NCBI GenBank assembly: GCA_905178155.1
Contig: CAJINV010000001.1
Location: 15,500,142-15,564,141 of the forward strand
DNA from: Amoebophrya sp. A120
Lineage: Eukaryota > Protista > Dinoflagellata
DNA: 64,000 nucleotides
Direction of reading: 5' to 3'
The position numbers and the translations under genes are program-made. Below, in pieces: positions 23,792 through 35,527 of this stretch; positions within the stretch are counted from its first letter, which is position 1, and every line of letters begins with the position of its first letter. The notes beneath the pieces are model-generated. The model had not been told where the DNA came from. It did not search any database and saw nothing but the letters and a program-made list of their open reading frames with translations.

Positions 23792-25644
23792 ATGAGGGTG
23801 CTTTCGCTACTTTTTTTCCTGCGCCTCTGCGCTGTAGTGAGCTCGGCTCTGGCGACTGACCTTTCCAATCCGGTGATGGAGATCCAGAGCGGCAACTTTG
23901 ACTCGCACATGAAGAGCGGGTATCGCTACTTTATCAAATTTTTCGCCCCCTGGTGCACCTACTGCAAAAGACTAAAATCCACCTGGGAGACTCTGGCGAC
24001 CACGGTGGGCGGGAACGACGCCTTGGAAACCAGGATTGCAGAAGTCGACTGCACAAAGTACGCCGACATATGTACGAAAGTGGGTGTCAAGGTAAGTACT
24101 TGTTGACCTAAGTACATCAGAGTGTTTATTGTCGTGTTTTTGTTCTGCCGAATACGCTTGTACTAGCGGAAACATGAAAATCAAAGTCAGTAAAAATTGC
24201 AGATGCAAATACAAGTCCCGCCGGGGTAGTTACTTTGAGTAGAGCGGGGTCACAAATTCAATCCTTAGGTCCGCACCGGACTTACGGACCACCCGGCCGG
24301 GTGGTCCTTAGGTCCGGTGCCCCAAAAGTTACTTTACGTAACTCGATCAGCTGCAGCAGCTGTGTCCCACTCTGACGGCAGAATTTTAATTTTTAGACGA
24401 TGCTCTGCATGTTATTCATTTTCTGCATGAAGGGGCGGCTCTATGCCATAGGCTGTTCTGACGCAGCGCAGGAAGTTTCTTTATATGCACTAGGAAGGAG
24501 CTCCTATTTGATTTTGATTTTTGAAGCTATTTCGAAGGCTTCGCTTTTGATTTTGCGTTGCAGTTTATGCATTTACAGGGGTGGGGCCGCCTCTTCGTTC
24601 GCGACACGGTGATGACGATGACGACCTCGACATGTTGGTTGGTGCGGTTTTTGCAAGCGGTTTTTGCAAGCGGTTCGGATGTTGCGACTTTGCAACTTTG
24701 CGTTGCGACTTGCCCAGACTCGCAACCCGGCGCGCAGGCGGCAGTTGCGAAGCATCCCACCGAGTTACGTAAAGTAACTTTTGGGGCACCGGACCTAAGG
24801 ACCACCCGGCCGGGTGGTCCGTAAGTCCGGTGCGGACCTAAGGATTGAATTTGTGACCCCGCTCGCTATTTCTACCTTGATTTCTTCGCTTTACAACTTT
24901 TCCAAAACACTTTACCAGGGGTATCCTACATTGATGTACGCCGATGGAAAATCCAGTGAATTGTACAAGTATTCGGGAGGGATGACGCTGGAAACGTTTA
25001 CGGAAATGATCGAGCAGCAGTTGGAATCAAATTCCGTCACATCCGGCGACAACTTTACCCTGACGAAGCAAGGCAGCAGCAGCGCGCAGCCTCGGGGTCG
25101 GTCCTCCTCGAAGGCAAAAACTACAACAAGCTCATCCTCCTCGAGTGGCAGGTCAGATCGGGACAGTGGCACTGCTGGAAAAAATGCAGCCGCTGGTGGC
25201 CGAAAAACGAAAAGCAACGACGATCCGATATCACTGGACGACCTGGCGGAGGCAGTCGGCATCTTTGGTGAGAGCTTCATTGGCTTCATCACGGACGTGG
25301 AAAGTCTGTGGATGAACCGCGTCGTTGTGCCCATCCGGGAGAGCGAAATGATGTAAGCTTGTACTCGACTTGTATTTTCGTTGTTGGAACTACGTAGCAG
25401 TCGGGAATATGCAATTTTGGTGTACAACTGGACCACAAACAGTGAAACACAAACCATAATTAACACCTACGGCGCACCACACTGTAATTGATAAAACAGC
25501 AGGAACTTCATCGCGGGAAACATCGAGCTCGACGACGAGGCCCATTGGAAGATGATCCAGAAGCTCTACCTCGGCGGGTTCGTCACCATTGCTGTGGTAC
25601 TGGGGAGCTTGTTCTATTTCCTACCGAAGTGCTTTGCTGTGTGA
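23792..25644 (+). CDS. Thioredoxin-domain (PDI/TMX-like) membrane protein
   Basis: Signal peptide, IKFFAPWCTYCK, IAEVDCT and VK|GYPTL across GT-AG intron 24092-24918. A second intron (~25353-25499) precedes a C-terminal TM segment. Confidence 0.85.
24242..24864. mobile_element. Non-autonomous foldback/MITE with perfect 104-bp TIRs inside a canonical intron
   Basis: 24242-24345 is the reverse complement of 24761-24864. Each TIR contains the palindrome GGACCACCCGGCCGGGTGGTCC. No clear TSD. Confidence 0.88.
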
Positions 25645-26668
25645 TCATCCGACGGGACGAACGAAAAAACAACGATAATCAGCGGACCTGTCGACCTCAC
25701 TCGGTAGTACGTCCTCCTTTCCAAAGTCACACTTTGAGTCTGCTTACTCAGAAGCGCTACCGTAAAAAGTGCTGCAGTCCCCCCCCAGATGATGTTGACC
25801 TCACAAGAACCACCTCAAGCTCCTCCTTGTAGTAAATGGCCCCCGACCACCAGCACCAGCATGTTGTCTGCTTGCAACACGCAAAAGTAAAAGCATAAAG
25901 TTAAAGCTAGTAAATCGGCTTCGGCTGCATGTAGCGCATACGAAAACGACACTATGCAAGAACCTGGCGTTCGTTTGATCTCTCCTTCCGCTGCGGTCTT
26001 TTTGTGTTCGAGTTGAGAATTATTGGAATCAATTTATGGAAATGTGACGAGGAGACCGTGCATCTTCAAAGGGTTTCGACGAGAGCAGGAAAAATGGAGT
26101 TACTTTTTGCTTCTCATGCTCCGTTATTTGTCAAGTTCTCTTCGGCCTATTGACCAGGTCACCAATCTGGAAGATTTCATTCCCGCTGGTATTGCAGATC
26201 CTTCTACAAGGACGGATCTGGTTCTGTTGACTTTTTCTCGCTGTCAATACGGTAATCTGAGATCTAACATCAATCGATTCATCATTTGTTGCTGGACAAA
26301 AATTAAGTAGGTCTGTGTATTATCTTGTATGTTTGTAGGTACAGGTAGAGGTAGTTGTGAAGAGGAACTCCGTAATATTCCTCGATCGGTTCCTTCGGCC
26401 TTGTCGTGCTATATTCGAGGGTGTCCAAAATCGTTTGTCTTTGTTTCGCGAAAGAATCTGCCTCAGTCTTCAACATTCTTGAACAAGCGCCAAAAATGAG
26501 TTGGGGGGCGCAGCAGCGAGCCATCTGGCGGCATTGTTAAAAGGCATCGCTCCTCTCCTGTTGGTGTTGCTCGTCGCTCGATAACGAGTAGGACTACACG
26601 AACCGCAACCGGAATCGTCTTCGTGCTGCGACGTTTTTCGGGTCGTCAGCCGCCGTTGGAAACGAAAG

Positions 26669-28081
26669 ATGGTGATCCCCATGCCAGCAGGAATGGGCGC
26701 CGCCATGAGCGGCGATCCACCCGAACAGGTGCAGGGTCACCTGCAGAAGATAAAGTACTGCTACTGTGTAAACGACTGTTCGAGCGCTTTGTACTTTACA
26801 CTTATATTTCTTCAATGTGAAAAAGAAAATTGCTTATTGCTTCGGCTTCCGTATCCGTGCTACTGTTGAACTTGAATGGTGTGCGTGGTGCATAAATTTC
26901 AATCCGATTCTATGCTTAATGTTCAGCAACATGACATGAAACAGGTGGACCGTCGTTGCCGTCTTCCTTGGCAGCATAGGCAAGTTGGTACAGGGTGGCC
27001 TTCCATTCAACGAAATATTTTATGTCATAAGTGGCATATTTCTGATGAAAGATGACAAAATAACGGGACGGGCCTACACCTGCCTCCTCTCAACGCCGCT
27101 CGGAGCCTGCGCAGGTTTGCTTTTTGATTTTAGGCTGCATGATTGTTTTCTGGGCACTAGCGTGCTTATTTGAGGCACATAGGCATGCAAAAAGAAGTAG
27201 ATAAGAAGTTCTGCTACTTCTCCTGCTACTATTCACAGGATGAATTGAACTACCATAAAGGAAATCGAAATTTTCAAAAAGAAAAAGTGATGGCATCACA
27301 CGAGGATACGTCATTACTTAAATTGAAATCGTACCCAGGTCCTTCAGGCGGCGGCTTGACATATGGGGTTCTCAAACGTTACATTCTCAACTGTTACATG
27401 AATTTGTCATGCTGGCCTACCATCAAGATTCACACGAGAAAGCTGCTTCGCATGACAAATTTGCGAAGGGCTAAACAGAGCCTAAATCTGTGCAGAACTT
27501 GTAATGCTAGAGGTGCAACCTCGCCCCTTTCACTTTTGCAATTCTTGCATCACAGATTCATGTAACAGTTGAGAATGTAACAGTTGAGAACGCCATATGA
27601 CATGTCTTACCCCTGTGATGTTTCTAGGTGGGATAAATGTCCTCTTCGGCCTTTTCAGTCCCTACCTCCTGGAGCCATTCAATCTCATATGTATTGCCTG
27701 TTTTTGTTGCTCATTTCTTTTTCTGCACATAGAGAATCTTCTTCATGTACGGCTTAAGAACTTTGTATTTGGTGCTTCCTCTTGTTGCTTCGGTCGTCGC
27801 GAATGCTTGAGAGCACCGAAACAGAAACCGAACCGCAAACACCAGGTATGCTGTCCCAGGGAGTCGGGTGTTTTTTCGCCTACAAAACCTGGTCGTACCT
27901 GCGAGGCGAAGCAGGTCCAACGGGCGCGTTGCCCGGCGGCCTCCAAGGACACACGACCTACAACCCACCAGGACCAGCGACGCTCAGCACCACCGGGGGA
28001 GCGAGGGACGGCGCTCCGACCACCCCACAAACCGGGTTTGTCGCTTTCCAGGGGGAGGGAAACAAACTCGGCGGTCAGTGA
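26669..28081 (+). CDS. Multi-pass membrane protein with a C-terminal SHP-box-like motif
   Basis: Three GT-AG introns plus introner 27362-27597. Spliced frame LQKIKWTVVAVFLG...GACAGPSGGGLTCLTPVMFLGG...NLICMLSQGVGCFFAY...FVAFQGEGNKLGGQ. Confidence 0.7.
27362..27597. mobile_element. TAT..ATA introner (236 bp), homologous to 10309-10543
   Basis: ~50-bp TIR. Perfect TSD TGACA. Joins GGGL-TCLTPV. Confidence 0.92.
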
Positions 28082-29242
28082 TGAATGGAACTGGTGAAAG
28101 GATCCACTTTATCTGAGAAGTTGAAGTCAAGCCGAACCCAAAAGAAGCGCTTCTTTAACTGGTTCCCGTTCCCCGCTGCTTATCTCGCACATAATACAAC
28201 CATGTTGCACATGCATTAGCCATCACACCTACAACCGTCGTGGTTGTCTAGTATTTTCCTGCATCTTCTGACGCAGGTCGGCGCGGAAAGGTTGTTTGAG
28301 GAGCTGTCCTTTAGCACCACCTGGCGAACCGCTCTAGCACCCGTGTTCGTGTTTTCACTCTCCAATGCGTCGCCATAGGCACTCGCACTAAGCCTACCGT
28401 CGTGGAACGCGTGTCTGGTATTCTTCGATGAAGATTTTTAACACTGCTCGTTAGAGTCAGAATGTCTTGTTTTGTTGCTGTAGACCACTCGTCACGAGGA
28501 ACTTGACAGCGCAATGCAAAGTTGGAATTTTTTTATGGACAAAATTATGAATTGACATTCAAATCAAAATCAAGTACTACCATACAAGAAAGTCTCACTG
28601 GCACAACATACATGGAGCCACTTGATGTACTTGCACAACCTCAAGCTCAACCAAAATCGTATTTCTGATTCTGTACTACATTCGATTGATGTAAGAAAAC
28701 TAACAGTGGCAATTTACCTCCTGGCCTGCTGTTTGTACGATGCATGGGTTCTTGTCGCGCTTGCGTTCGTGATTAGTTTTCATCTACTTAACTGGTGAGA
28801 CATACGCACAAGAAAACATGAGCCGATTGCTTTGACTACGTTGATTGTCTTCTTCCTTTCGTGCTGCAGCAGCTGCTAGCCTGCAAAGGGGGCGGCGAAT
28901 TAATCGTGAGCCGAAGACGAAGGGGATATTACCTCCGCTCCATTTGCCCTTCTTCGACGGCGATTTCAACGATGAGAGGCCGGAAGCTGCATCGCATGAC
29001 AGAAAAGGCGACAGGAAGTAGAACTGCGAGGCCTCAGATAGCGCCGTGACAGTAGACATTTATTCCGATAGCTGCTGCCGCTAGTGCCGAAAAGAGACGC
29101 CGGTGCCTGGTCCTACTTTCTGCACTGTCTATTTCATCCAAAACTGGCCGCCGGGGAGGAGGAGAACAAGAACAGAGAATAAGCTAGCTGTACTCTTTAT
29201 TATACTCGCGGCGACGGGCACCAGGAGCACGAAAACAGTATC

Positions 29243-30915
29243 ATGGCGGGCGTTATCGCCAACCAGCCCGTCGTGCTGGACAATGGGTCCGGCGTGATGA
29301 AGGCCGGGGTGGCGGGGGACGAGCAGCCGAAGTGCGTTTTTTCCAACTACGTCGGCAGGCCAAAACACGAGCGCGTGATGGCCGGCGCGGCTGAGGGAGA
29401 GGTTTTTATCGGGGAGTCGGCGGAGCACTTGCGTGGGCTATTGACCTGTAATTATCCCGTCGAGCACGGGATCGTCAACGATTGGCTGGAAATGGAGCAG
29501 ATATGGCATCACGTGTATAACGAGATGAAAATTGCGTCCGAGGAGCACCCGGTCCTGCTTACCGAAGCGCCCCTGAACCCCCACAAGAATCGCGAAAAAG
29601 CGGCCGAGATCTTTTTCGAGTCCTTCAACTCCCCCGCACTGTTCGTGAGTGCTCAGGCCATTCTGTCGCTCTACGCCAGCGGGCGGACCACGGGCGTGGT
29701 GCTTGATTCGGGGGATGGGGTCACGCACGTGGTCCCCGTCTACGAAGGCTTTGCGCTCGGGCACGCCATTCAGCGGATGGACGTTGCCGGTCGAGATGTC
29801 ACCAACAACCTGATGCTGCAGCTTCGGAGGCACGGACACATATTTCACACCTCCGCGGAACGAGAAATCGTATTGGAAATGAGTTCATTCCATGAGGACA
29901 GCAATTCAGCTTTGACATGATTTGCTTGCACACACTGGAAGTACTGGAAAAGGTGGATTAAGAACTTCGCCTAATAGAGTTGTTTTGTTCATTGATTATG
30001 ATTGACGTTGATCCTACTACATCATCAACTCTGCTAATCTCACGGCAGGTGCGCGAGATGAAGGAACGAATATGTTACGTGGCTTTCAATCCGGCCAAGG
30101 AAGAGACTTCCCCGGAGAATCAACCGACGAATTACAAGCTCCCGGATGGTCAGACGATCAACCTGGCTGCGGAACGATTCCGCGCCCCGGAGCTGCTGTT
30201 CCAGCCAAATTTGATCGGGTTGGAGTACCCAGGCGTTCACGAGCAGCTGTTCACGGCGATAAGTACTGCGATCGACAACATAATTTTCTCTCCTGCTTCT
30301 CGAAACAAAAAGTCTGTTTATCCATCTCTTATGACTGCAACTTAACACGTACACGGTGCCGGGATTCGTCTCTTTTTGATGCTTGCATCTTATTCGACTG
30401 TCTGAGACACAAACAACATCCATCCTGCAACATCAGGTCGCGCGGATCTAGATTTGAGGAAAACGCTGTACTCGCAAATCGTGCTTTCCGGTGGCAGTAC
30501 CATGTTTGCAGGGTACGGGGACCGGCTTCTCAACGAAATGCGCAAGCTCGTGCCGAAAGACTGTATTAGTGACCTCTTGATGAGTATGGTTCTGCTACTT
30601 GTTACTACGAAAATGATTGCTTTTGTTCTCGGCAGGTGGACATGTAACTTTTCAAAAGAGTTGGTGTTGGCGTTCTGCCTTTTGGTTTTGGTGCAGGATC
30701 CGAGCACATCGGGGAGCAAAGTTAAAAAGAAAGCCCTACACTACATCAACGTATTTTCAGGTAAAATCAGAATATCGGCCCCGCCAAACCGGCAGATGTC
30801 TACGTGGACAGGAGGCAGTATTCTGGCAAGTCTAGCGACGTTTAAAAGCATGTGGGTCAGTCGCGAGGAATACGATGAAGAGGGACCTGGCATTATGCAA
30901 AGAAAAACTTTCTAA
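29243..30915 (+). CDS. ARP1: Centractin / actin-related protein 1 (dynactin)
   Basis: [36 protein letters not shown]-terminus and RKTF C-terminus. GT-AG introns 29870-30048, 30263-30436 and 30563-30760. Confidence 0.93.
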
Positions 30916-31669
30916 ATTTGCAAGCGTTTTTTCAGCTTCGCGCTCTTTTGGATGTGATTGTGCTGAAGGAATGAGACGGCGAAACACCAACGCGAAAAAA
31001 TTCGAAGAAAAAAAAACAAAAGTAATATACAGAGACACACTGGCACTGGGTCTGGCAGCTGTGTCATCTCATACAGTCGCCGCCCTACAACCGCACACAG
31101 TGCAGCTTGGCACATGCGCAGAGACCGCCTGATTCCCACTTTCCCCTCAACTTGCATGTTGTCAGAAGAAAAAAAAACAAGGAAATGCATCTTCAGCATC
31201 ATCTTTGCACTTACTACAGTTGGAATTGAACTCTGAATGTCGAAGATCTATTTAGCAGATCCTGGATCAACATGATCAGAGTTGTAAAAGTTACAGTTAC
31301 TTCCCCTACCTTTTTGCAGATCCGTTTTCGCGGTCACACAGTTGCAAAAATAATCAAGAGAACCGATCTCATACCATGCGTTCTATTTCTGAAAGAACGC
31401 GCTTGGTTCCTTTTTCGTGTCCTCACATTTCTTTATTCATCGAAACTCGCTCAACATACGTGCAGTCTCATCCATACAGTCTCACACAGCGAAACGGAAA
31501 CGAAGAACAAGAAGGAAAAATAGTTTTTTATCAAAATTTGTGTCACTCCAAGAGAAGAAGCGCTCACTGGATTTATCGACCCTACATTTTCTAGACTATC
31601 AGCTTCACCGCCACCTTCTACTGAAGTATTCCTGGGTAATTACTTAAGTTAGTAACTACCCAATCAACC

Positions 31670-32269
31670 ATGGCGCTCCTGGAAGAATTCGCGGAGGCGA
31701 AGGTATCGGTGCTTACGAACGACGGCAAGTACTTTGTGGGCCTGCTATCCGGCTTCGACCAGGCGACGAACGTGATTCTGACACAGTGCAACGAACGGGT
31801 CTACCACGCTGACGACGCTGCCGAGGAGATTTATGGAAGCGTCAGGTTTGAAATCGACAAAGTTGAAATGATTTGTCATGCATAAAATGTAGAGCACTGA
31901 TGGCCTGTATTGGGGAGCAGGCAAATGATACCGATTGCAAGCCTGTTTAGGGGTATGCAATGCGCTGCCAGTGTAGCATCACAAGAGCAGTCTCCTTTGC
32001 CAAAACAGCATGACAGACTGGATTTTGGCGCTCCTAAAATTTGTCATGCGCCGCTTGGAAACTGAGGCTCCAACTGGTATCGATTTTATGCATCACAAAT
32101 TTTTCGATTTTGTCGATTTCGATTCTGACACATCCATAAGATTTTCCTCGGTCTCTACGTGATCCGCGGGGACACCATTGCGGTGATTAGCGAACTAGAC
32201 GAGGGTATGGACGACCAAATCGACCTGAAAACCATACGAGCCAGTCCCATGAAACCCGTGGTGCACTGA
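31670..32269 (+). CDS. LSM8: U6 snRNA-associated Sm-like protein LSm8
   Basis: Sm1 VSVLTNDGKYFVGLLSGFDQATNVIL. After introner removal EEIFLGLYVIRGDTIAVISELDE...IRASPMKPVVH*. Confidence 0.92.
31832..32138. mobile_element. TAT..ATA introner in LSm8
   Basis: ~55-bp imperfect TIR TATGGAAGCGTCAGGTTTGAAATCGACAAA.. / ..TTTGTCGATTTCGATTCTGACACATCCATA. Perfect TSD AGATT. Confidence 0.93.
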
Positions 32270-32627
32270 GCGAAGACATAGAAATCACGCGACGCGAGTC
32301 GTTAGTACGATTAAGCTGCCACTGCTCGTCTCGTTGCGTACAATCATAATCAACACTTTAGCTCACTTCCTTCGCGCACGCTAGCATCGGAACGAATCAC
32401 AACCGGAAAAGAAAGAATGTCGACGTCACCGATGTCGGCAGCAAGATTATCTACGAGGTCCTTCTAGTGTTCGACGTAGTTGTTTACGATAGCAACTTTA
32501 AGAAAATCCGACACGAAGTGACGAGGAACAGTCACGCGTTTTATGGCTGTTTCGCACCTGCAAGTAGATCAAAAATGCAGATTGTTGGAGAGAAACTGTC
32601 CCGAGGAGCAACTTTTGTGAGCCAAAA

Positions 32628-33269
32628 ATGGCAGGAGCTAGTACTTTTTCATCCGCGTCTAACGTGTCTCAGTGTCTTTGTGAGGCGTGCGCGCTGGGCG
32701 ATCTGGACCGCGTTCAATCGCTTCTCGCCGACATCAAAGCTACAAGTGCTGATGAAGCAGCGCTCCTTCGCAGTCCGTCAGTGATCCGCTTGAAGCCAGA
32801 ACTGGACCGAAAACTCGGGTCGCATGCAGTTTGGACAGAGCAGGAAGACGAAGAGCCGGAGTCCAGTTCTATTAAACCTGTTCTGGGCTCAGTCTTCACT
32901 CCGGGATTTGACACGTATCTGTTACGCTCTAAGGAAACTGCGAACGCGAGCGGCATGACCGGGCCCTGCAAATCTTGCTCGGTTTTGCAATATGCGGCCT
33001 TCTCGGGGAGCGTAAAACTCGTAAAATTTCTTGTTGAAGAGAAAAAACTCCCACGAGATCTGAAGGGTGAATTTTCGTGGTCTCCCGCGAGCATCGCCTA
33101 TTGCCGACGGTTCAAAGAAGTAGCGGAGTTCTTGCAAAAAAAATTTCCAGAACAAAGTTCGTCAATCGCTTTTTTTTTGAGTGGCTGGTGTATGTTCCTA
33201 GTTAGTTCTCCTGAGCGCAAGGTTAATTCAAGCCACTGTCACGACGGCCTACTACAACCTGAGTGGTAG
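32628..33269 (+). CDS. Ankyrin-repeat-like protein
   Basis: LCEACALGDLDRVQSLL, VLQYAAFSGSVKLVKFLVE and SPASIAYCRRFKEVAEFL. Confidence 0.6.
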   Translation: MAGASTFSSASNVSQCLCEACALGDLDRVQSLLADIKATSADEAALLRSPSVIRLKPELDRKLGSHAVWTEQEDEEPESSSIKPVLGSVFTPGFDTYLLRSKETANASGMTGPCKSCSVLQYAAFSGSVKLVKFLVEEKKLPRDLKGEFSWSPASIAYCRRFKEVAEFLQKKFPEQSSSIAFFLSGWCMFLVSSPERKVNSSHCHDGLLQPEW

Positions 33270-33599
33270 CGTAGTAGAGAGTTGGTCGTGTAGTTGGAGT
33301 TGGTGCAGAAAAAAAGGAAAGCAAAAAGGGCTGAGTGACAGGGACAAAGGACGCACAAGAACCGAAGGCTTCCTCTAATTTGATACTGCAAAACCTGAAA
33401 ACCGCTACGATTAGCGTTGCCGAGGAGTGGTAGCTACTCGAGTAGAAGTCAGTACACATGATCATCGACGAGGACGATATGCACATGCGTAGCTGCAATG
33501 GAAAGACGAGAAGGATGAAATAGTATGTAAAACGCCAAACTAGGCAACAGTGGAAGCATCGACAGTACTACCAGACGCAATCCCGGCTCCGCTACTGCC

Positions 33600-34872
33600 A
33601 TGGCGTCATTTGCCCCGCAGCAGCTTCCGGTGACTGCCCTCACGGACATGGATCTCAACCACTCCGCTGTTTTTGGAGCAGTCCTCCAGGAAGGTCACTC
33701 CCCCGAGACCGCCACGCGTGTTGCCGGCGAGAGGATAGCGCAGCAGCGGTTGTTGCAGTGGGAGAGGGTGGAGTTGCCAAAGACGCTGACGCTTCACATT
33801 CCCGCCAAGCAAGAAGTCAAATCACCGTGGAGGAAACCGAACTATTTACCTCCAGCTGCTGTTCCGCCTGCCGGAAGTGCTAGTTCTTTGCGCACAACAA
33901 CCACATTTACGCAACATTCAAGAGCTAGAGCTGGTGCACCCACTAGTTTCATGGCAGCTGGTTCTCCAAGTGCTACACCTGCACGACCTGTTCTAGAGAC
34001 AACCGCTGCGCACGCGCAGGCTCGTTCACCTCCGAGCAAGTTTCAGCCGTGGTCAACTACAGCGACTGAAACAAACCCACAGGCCATGACGTATGTTCGG
34101 CCGTTCCAGGAAGTTGGCTTGGGCTGCTGCGATGCCGACGACACGCGGCATCTTCATCAATCGACACTTCCCGCCGTTTCTGAATCCAGATTATCCGGTC
34201 AGAGAAACGAAAACGAAATCGGCTTCGAGTTCGCGGGTGCGCGTGCTGCCAGTGGAGAACGGCCAAAGGATCTACTCCATCATGCAGACGCCGCACCGAC
34301 GGAAGCCGCCACGGAGGAGATCGAGAGAAGCAGTTCTTCGACGAGCCACGAGGATGGCGACGAGGTCGAAGAAGAAATTTTGCGTTTGCGAGCGGAGTTG
34401 CAAAGTGCGCAGGAAGATTTGGCCGAGGTAAGTATCTAAACAGTGGAGGCGAGGAACATCAACTCGCTTTATCTTGTTCGCTTGGTTGTTGCGTATTGTT
34501 TGTTGCTGCACGACTAGCGCATCTTTACTAGCTAGATCATGTTTTCTCAATACAAAACAGGACGAAGAGGCACTGCGCGTGATGCTCCAAATGATTGACG
34601 AAACCGTGGAGAAAAGGGAGGCGATTGTCGCTGGCACGGCAGAGGCTATCAAGCGACTCAATGAAGAACAACGGCGACAGAAGCGGAAGCGGGAAAAGAA
34701 GCAGATTTCCAGCGTCCCAGCCGAATTAGTGGACGATGCGGGCATCGATGCGCTGGCGCCGACTTTCTCTACCGCCAGCGGTCGCCGAGGCACCGGTATG
34801 GCAAGCATTCCTGAAGACATATTTAAGGAGGACGAGGAACAGGCAGAGGACGCGGGATCTTCAAATTCATGA
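33600..34872 (+). CDS. Hypothetical coiled-coil protein
   Basis: Two ORFs joined in frame by a GTAAGT..CAG intron (~34428-34560). Confidence 0.6.
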
Positions 34873-35527
34873 GCAGTAGCAGCAATACAAATTTTTCGCA
34901 GAATCTGTGCTGGAAACTAACAAGATCGGCATGACGATTGCAACAGGCGTTTTCCACTTGCCTGTGCAAATCCCCATGCATAATTCTTCCATCCTCTGTA
35001 GTACCAGTACGCTAGAGAATAAACATTTTCCTGCTCTACAATGTACGTGGGCACTTTTTCTTTTGCGCTTGCACTCTCTCACTGCACCGTTTCTTGCTTA
35101 CGAGAGGTCGATTGGTTTTATAGAATGTAGTATTCGCCAGGGACGAGACGATGGTGACTTGTCCGCCACTTGATATCGTCCAAGGTGCATGTCGCTTGAT
35201 GGTACTGAGAGCGCTCATGTGTCGTTGCAATGTCGCACGGGCACAACGAGTGCAGGTCTCTTTTTCACGATCTTCGTCATTTTTCGATAGAACTAGAAGG
35301 CACGAGTTGATGAGAAGTCGATCATTTGCAATCGGAGCGCAATCAGCAGTCTTACGTTACAGAGGGGCGAGGGAAGGACATCGCACAGTGTCACCGAATC
35401 AATGCGGTACGCTTGGAAAAAAGTACGTACATTAAGTTAGTAGAAAGATCGGCAGTTCAGAGTTCCAAGAACACGTCAACGAGGCATGTAACATGAACGT
35501 CACAGTCCTTCCTCTCGATTAAGAACC

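Noticed and set aside
27361-27601. U12-type AT-AC intron
   Set aside because: AT..AC arises only from one sliding position in TSD TGACA, the U12 donor ATATCCT is absent, and other copies do not share it.
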